Sequence record: ON528737
DNA: 64,000 nt
Reading direction: 5' to 3' (one strand)
Origin: Shigella phage ESh27
Made by a program: the position numbers and the translations under genes. Positions 60,437 through 64,000 of this stretch are shown piece after piece; within the stretch, counting starts at the first letter, position 1; the number at the start of each line of letters is the position of its first letter. Below the pieces are notes generated by a model that saw only the letters and a list, made by a program, of their open reading frames with translations, did no database searches and was not told the DNA's origin.

Positions 60437-61017
60437 TGAAAGCTAGCACATACCTTCAGATTGCATATCTGATTTCTCAAGAATCAAAATGTTGTTCATG
60501 GAAAGTAGGTGCCGTCATTGAAAAAGATGGACGTATCATTTCTACTGGGTATAACGGTAGCCCGGCAGGTGGTATAAACTGTTGTGACCATGCTACTGAA
60601 CAAGGTTGGTTGAAGAATAAACCAAGCCCGGTCATCGTTGCTGGGCATAAAGAAGGCACTACAGCATTTGGACGGGCCGATAATTTTGTTTTGGCTAAAG
60701 AACATCGGGCTGCTCATAGTGCATGGTCTGCTAATAACGAAATCCATGCGGAACTGAACGCAATTTTGTTTGCAGCTCGTAAAGGTAATTCTATTGAAGG
60801 TGCTACGTTATATACGACGCTTTCTCCGTGTCCTGATTGCACTAAAGCTATTACGCAGTCAGGTATTAAAAAGGTTGTATATGCAGAATTATATGACCGA
60901 TCTCCTGAAAATTGGGCAGACATTCTAAAACAAGCTGGTATTGAAGTAATTCAGTACTCTCGTAATAATCTTCGTTCTCTGAATTGGGAACAAATCCGAA
61001 ACTTTTGTGGTGAATAA
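60436..61017 (+). CDS. cd: dCMP deaminase
   Basis: 193 aa; zinc motifs HAELNAI and PCPDC; T4 synteny. Confidence 0.9.
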   Translation: MKASTYLQIAYLISQESKCCSWKVGAVIEKDGRIISTGYNGSPAGGINCCDHATEQGWLKNKPSPVIVAGHKEGTTAFGRADNFVLAKEHRAAHSAWSANNEIHAELNAILFAARKGNSIEGATLYTTLSPCPDCTKAITQSGIKKVVYAELYDRSPENWADILKQAGIEVIQYSRNNLRSLNWEQIRNFCGE

Positions 61018-61018
61018 T

Positions 61019-61315
61019 ATGATTTTAACTGAACAAGAAACTGTGGTTCTTCGTGAACGTATTAAAACTATTCTGTCTGTAGGCGTTCATTGTGTTGTAT
61101 TTGAAAAGGCTAACGGTGATGTTCGTACGATGTTTGCTTCGCGCGACGAACTTGAAGTCAAATACGAAAATAACAATCCGGCAACAGAAGTTCGTTATGA
61201 ACCTCGTGAATCAGTTCGAGCATTCGATACCAAGTTAGGTCAGTGGCGTTCTTTCCGCCTTGATAAAGTAATTTCGGTTGATGGTACTCCGGTGGAACGT
61301 TTGCTTCTTATGTAA
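61019..61315 (+). CDS. hypothetical protein
   Basis: 98 aa from ATG 61019 directly after cd stop. Confidence 0.4.
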   Translation: MILTEQETVVLRERIKTILSVGVHCVVFEKANGDVRTMFASRDELEVKYENNNPATEVRYEPRESVRAFDTKLGQWRSFRLDKVISVDGTPVERLLLM

Positions 61316-61317
61316 TA

Positions 61318-61342
61318 TGCTTTACGAATAGTATGGTATTAT
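61318..61342 (+). promoter_or_regulatory. candidate MotA-dependent middle promoter for gene 31
   Basis: MotA box TGCTTTA 61318-61324, 12 bp, -10 TATTAT 61337-61342. Confidence 0.5.
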
Positions 61343-61372
61343 TAATCTATCGTCAAACAACAAGGAAATAAG

Positions 61373-61705
61373 ATGTCTGAAGTACAACTCCCAATTCGTG
61401 CTGTTGGTGAATATGTCATTCTGGTTTCTGAACCCGCTCAAGCAGGTGATGAAGAAGTTACCGAATCAGGACTTGTGATTGGTAAACGTGTTCAAGGTGA
61501 AGTTCCTGAACTATGTGTAGTTCATTCTGTAGGTCCTGATGTTCCTGAAGGTTTTGTTGAAGTCGGTGATTTGACTCCACTACCAGTTGGACAAATTCGA
61601 AATGTTCCACATCCATTTGTGGCTTTAGGTCTTAAACAACCTAAAGAAATTAAACAGAAATTCGTAACATGCCACTATAAAGCTATTCCGTGTCTTTATA
61701 AGTGA
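61373..61705 (+). CDS. 31: gp31 GroES-like co-chaperonin
   Basis: 110 aa; block [26 protein letters not shown] and C-terminus [10 protein letters not shown]; middle promoter upstream. Confidence 0.85.
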   Translation: MSEVQLPIRAVGEYVILVSEPAQAGDEEVTESGLVIGKRVQGEVPELCVVHSVGPDVPEGFVEVGDLTPLPVGQIRNVPHPFVALGLKQPKEIKQKFVTCHYKAIPCLYK

Positions 61706-61713
61706 TATAAATA
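61706..61713 (+). promoter_or_regulatory. candidate late promoter upstream of rIII
   Basis: Exact TATAAATA immediately after gene 31 stop. Confidence 0.4.
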
Positions 61714-61829
61714 ACTATATGAAGAGAACACTCTTCTAAGCGGTAGCCTACAACTGAGAGACTTGTCGAAAGAAGGTGAAATTCAGACGAACGTGGCTAC
61801 TAAATATTATCTCGAATTGAGAATTTAAA

Positions 61830-62078
61830 ATGATTAAACAATTACAACACGCTCTTGAACTGCAACGCAACGCATGGAATAATGGCCACGAAAACTACGG
61901 CGCGTCAATTGATGTTGAAGCCGAAGCACTGGAAATCCTGCGATATTTCAAACATCTGAATCCAGCACAGGCCGATCTTCGTGATATCCTGGCTCAGAAA
62001 GATGAATTGAAATATGCTAAGCCTCTGGCTTCAGCAGCTCGTAAAGCAGTTCGTCATTTTGTTATTACCCTGAAGTAA
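61830..62078 (+). CDS. rIII: rIII lysis-inhibition accessory protein
   Basis: 82 aa; size and position downstream of gene 31; TATAAATA upstream. Confidence 0.65.
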   Translation: MIKQLQHALELQRNAWNNGHENYGASIDVEAEALEILRYFKHLNPAQADLRDILAQKDELKYAKPLASAARKAVRHFVITLK

Positions 62079-62448
62079 GTTAAATCGAGGAGCCGTCGAA
62101 TTGTCTGATTATCGATTTGCGAATCGGTATGTTTTAGAAGTACCGCCCCGACAATTTTACGGTGTACCTCTTGAATGTTGTTCTTATAACGGTAAGTGCA
62201 TGCTACCCCGAGGTGATGGCTAATCGGGAGTACGCCTCAAGGCCTATATATCCATCAGTATATATCTTATCCTCGAGAAATCGAACCCGGAACCTTTAAG
62301 CTAACGGTGTGCAACAGATAAGAGTTATAAGGTATGATGACGGGTTTATGGTTATCCTGTCGTTAAATATCCAAAACCTATGTTCCCCTTGAGGGCTTGA
62401 GCAGGCAATGTCAATAAGTCCTGCATTTTCATTTAAAGAGAATTTATA

Positions 62449-62625
62449 ATGGCAAAACAAACTAAAGCAAAGAAAGCAGTTGAAAAGAAAGTCGGTGATT
62501 CTAAACGCGCTGGATACAAGCGTGGGTCGAACTCTCGTATTAATCAAACAGTTGAGAAGATCATGCGCAGAGCACGTGCAGTTCTTCGAGATGATGCTTC
62601 TCGTTTTGGAAAGGTTGTTGCATAA
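62449..62625 (+). CDS. hypothetical small basic protein
   Basis: 58 aa, Lys/Arg-rich; followed by strong terminator; found by hand-translation. Confidence 0.35.
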   Translation: MAKQTKAKKAVEKKVGDSKRAGYKRGSNSRINQTVEKIMRRARAVLRDDASRFGKVVA

Positions 62626-62630
62626 TTTTA

Positions 62631-62654
62631 GGGAGACTTCGGTCTCCCTTTTGT
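62631..62654 (+). terminator. intrinsic terminator
   Basis: GGGAGAC-TTCG-GTCTCCC hairpin + TTTT. Confidence 0.7.
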
Positions 62655-62684
62655 GTGTTTAGGGCAGAAAAAGTTTAAAAAGAT

Positions 62685-62722
62685 GTTTACTCTCCTGTAG
62701 GATGTGTTACTATAGACTTGTA
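62685..62722 (+). promoter_or_regulatory. early promoter
   Basis: -35 GTTTAC 62685-62690, 17 bp, -10 TACTAT 62708-62713. Confidence 0.45.
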
Positions 62723-62755
62723 CCACCTAATCAATAAAACAAACTGGAGAATAAA

Positions 62756-63124
62756 ATGAAAATCAATCTGAACTCATACATCGAATGTAAAGACCACGAC
62801 GGTTATAAAGCTATCGAAATTAAAGAATTCCAGTGGATGTTATACAAAGAGCAATTTGAGATCGTAGGTTGTATGACCCCTGAAGGTCCTTCAAATGATT
62901 TCTCTTGGAAAATTGTGTTAGCAAACTTTTTCACAGGTGACACATACGAATTAAAAACTATTATTACCGGTAAAATTCGTTCAGAAACATATGTTGACGA
63001 AGAAACTGGTTACTCTGAAGATGTTACATGGTATCAAAATGGACGCATTACAGCAGATAACCTTATCGAAAAAATGAAAGCCAAAGGTGTTTTAAATTTA
63101 GACAATTGGATTAAAGTTGCATAA
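62756..63124 (+). CDS. hypothetical protein
   Basis: 122 aa after early promoter. Confidence 0.5.
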   Translation: MKINLNSYIECKDHDGYKAIEIKEFQWMLYKEQFEIVGCMTPEGPSNDFSWKIVLANFFTGDTYELKTIITGKIRSETYVDEETGYSEDVTWYQNGRITADNLIEKMKAKGVLNLDNWIKVA

Positions 63125-63128
63125 AACA

Positions 63129-63165
63129 GTTTACTTTGGTACAGGTTATGTTATTATAGACCTGT
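63129..63165 (+). promoter_or_regulatory. early promoter within inverted repeat
   Basis: -35 GTTTAC 63129-63134, 17 bp, -10 TATTAT 63152-63157 inside GGTACAGG...CCTGTACC. Confidence 0.45.
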
Positions 63166-63198
63166 ACCAACAAACAACTTAAACATCCGGAGAATAAA

Positions 63199-63564
63199 AT
63201 GAACTACATCAACTTCGAACGTAAATATGTTTCTAACGGTATCGCTGGTTCTTCTGAAGTTATTTGCTTATGGAAACACAAAAACGGTACAGTTTGTGAA
63301 ATCGAACAGTGCATGACTCCTAATTACGTTTATATGCGATTTGAAAATGGCATCACGGTTTCAATCACGATGGAAGGTTCTACTTTTAAAATCGCTTTAG
63401 ATGATGATTTCCGTCAACGTGATTTAGGTACTCATCCTTGCTGGAATGGTGTTAATCGTAAACTTCTGGTTAAAACTTGGATTCGTCATATCCTGAGTAA
63501 CCGAGCTAAACCTGAACATCTCGAAGCAATCTTTGATGTAGTTCTTAATGAATTCGATATCTAA
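63199..63564 (+). CDS. hypothetical protein
   Basis: 121 aa after early promoter. Confidence 0.5.
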   Translation: MNYINFERKYVSNGIAGSSEVICLWKHKNGTVCEIEQCMTPNYVYMRFENGITVSITMEGSTFKIALDDDFRQRDLGTHPCWNGVNRKLLVKTWIRHILSNRAKPEHLEAIFDVVLNEFDI

Positions 63565-63571
63565 TTTAACT

Positions 63572-63587
63572 GGGAGCTTCGGCTCCC
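63572..63587 (+). terminator. UUCG-tetraloop hairpin (no T-run)
   Basis: GGGAGC-TTCG-GCTCCC; may be a processing/stability hairpin rather than terminator. Confidence 0.3.
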
Positions 63588-63603
63588 AATTGAGGAAAAT
63601 ATT

Positions 63604-63891
63604 ATGTTTATGACCACTTATTTTGATACCCGCAAAAACTTTTGTGAAGTTGTTTTCTCTAAAGCACCTAAAGACCTTCCGGCCCATTTGCAACCTACTA
63701 GCGAGTCAATTAAACACTATGTCAACGTAGTATGTCCTTTGGAGTTTCGTACAGTAAATGGGCATGATACTTTAGCTATCACTAAACTTAATCGTGAAAT
63801 TGACATCGATCCTTCGATCGCAAGTGAAATTAACATTTCTGATATTGGCGGCGGTAATGTTAAATCACATGGCTTTCAGATGAGGTTCTAA
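63604..63891 (+). CDS. hypothetical protein
   Basis: 95 aa. Confidence 0.45.
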   Translation: MFMTTYFDTRKNFCEVVFSKAPKDLPAHLQPTSESIKHYVNVVCPLEFRTVNGHDTLAITKLNREIDIDPSIASEINISDIGGGNVKSHGFQMRF

Positions 63892-63896
63892 TAAAA

Positions 63897-64000
63897 TGCT
63901 TAAAAAATTAATCAAGAAATTGTTTGGTACGGAAATGATTGAAGTTACTTATCGTGTAACAGACGTTTTTCCATATTATGCAGAAAACCGTTTAGAACCA
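63897..64000 (+). CDS. hypothetical protein, 3'-truncated by window end
   Basis: ATG 63897 opens a frame running off the window. Confidence 0.3.

Noticed and set aside
62230-62330. Possible tRNA in the ORF-free spacer
   Set aside because: ATCGAACCC resembles the reverse complement of a T-loop, but no consistent T-stem/acceptor cloverleaf could be built by eye; left as unassigned structured region

Overview
This window is a near gap-free coding segment of a T4-like (Tevenvirinae-type) myovirus genome, read against the usual T4 map orientation. Plus strand, early/middle genes in T4 synteny: gene 42 (dCMP hydroxymethylase, TS fold), two unassigned genes in the beta-glucosyltransferase slot, uvsX, 40, 41, small ORFs incl. 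a spackle-like gene, 61 primase, 56 dCTPase, soc, a Mod-type ADP-ribosyltransferase, dda, dexA, three tandem paralogs, fused 39/60 topoisomerase, a putative GT-B glycosyltransferase, rIIA, rIIB, 52, motA, asiA. Minus strand late block: t holin, T2-type gp38 adhesin, long tail fibre genes 37-36-35-34. Plus strand again: rnh, dsbA, 33, 59, 32, frd, td, nrdA, nrdB, denA, rnlA (63), alc-like, spanin pair, pseT, a DAHP-synthase homolog, cd, 31, rIII. td and nrdB are uninterrupted and no dam-like gene sits between 61 and 56. Intergenic regions carry about 20 GTTTAC...TATAAT early promoters, many wrapped in inverted repeats (PeSL-like), TATAAATA late promoters, MotA-box middle promoters and UUCG-tetraloop terminators. 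Most notable are candidate DNA-modification genes (the 42-orf299-kinase operon and the glycosyltransferase between 39 and rIIA) and the DAHP synthase. All calls rest on reading motifs, remembered family features and synteny; no database search or folding was run, and functions of unassigned ORFs are hypotheses.
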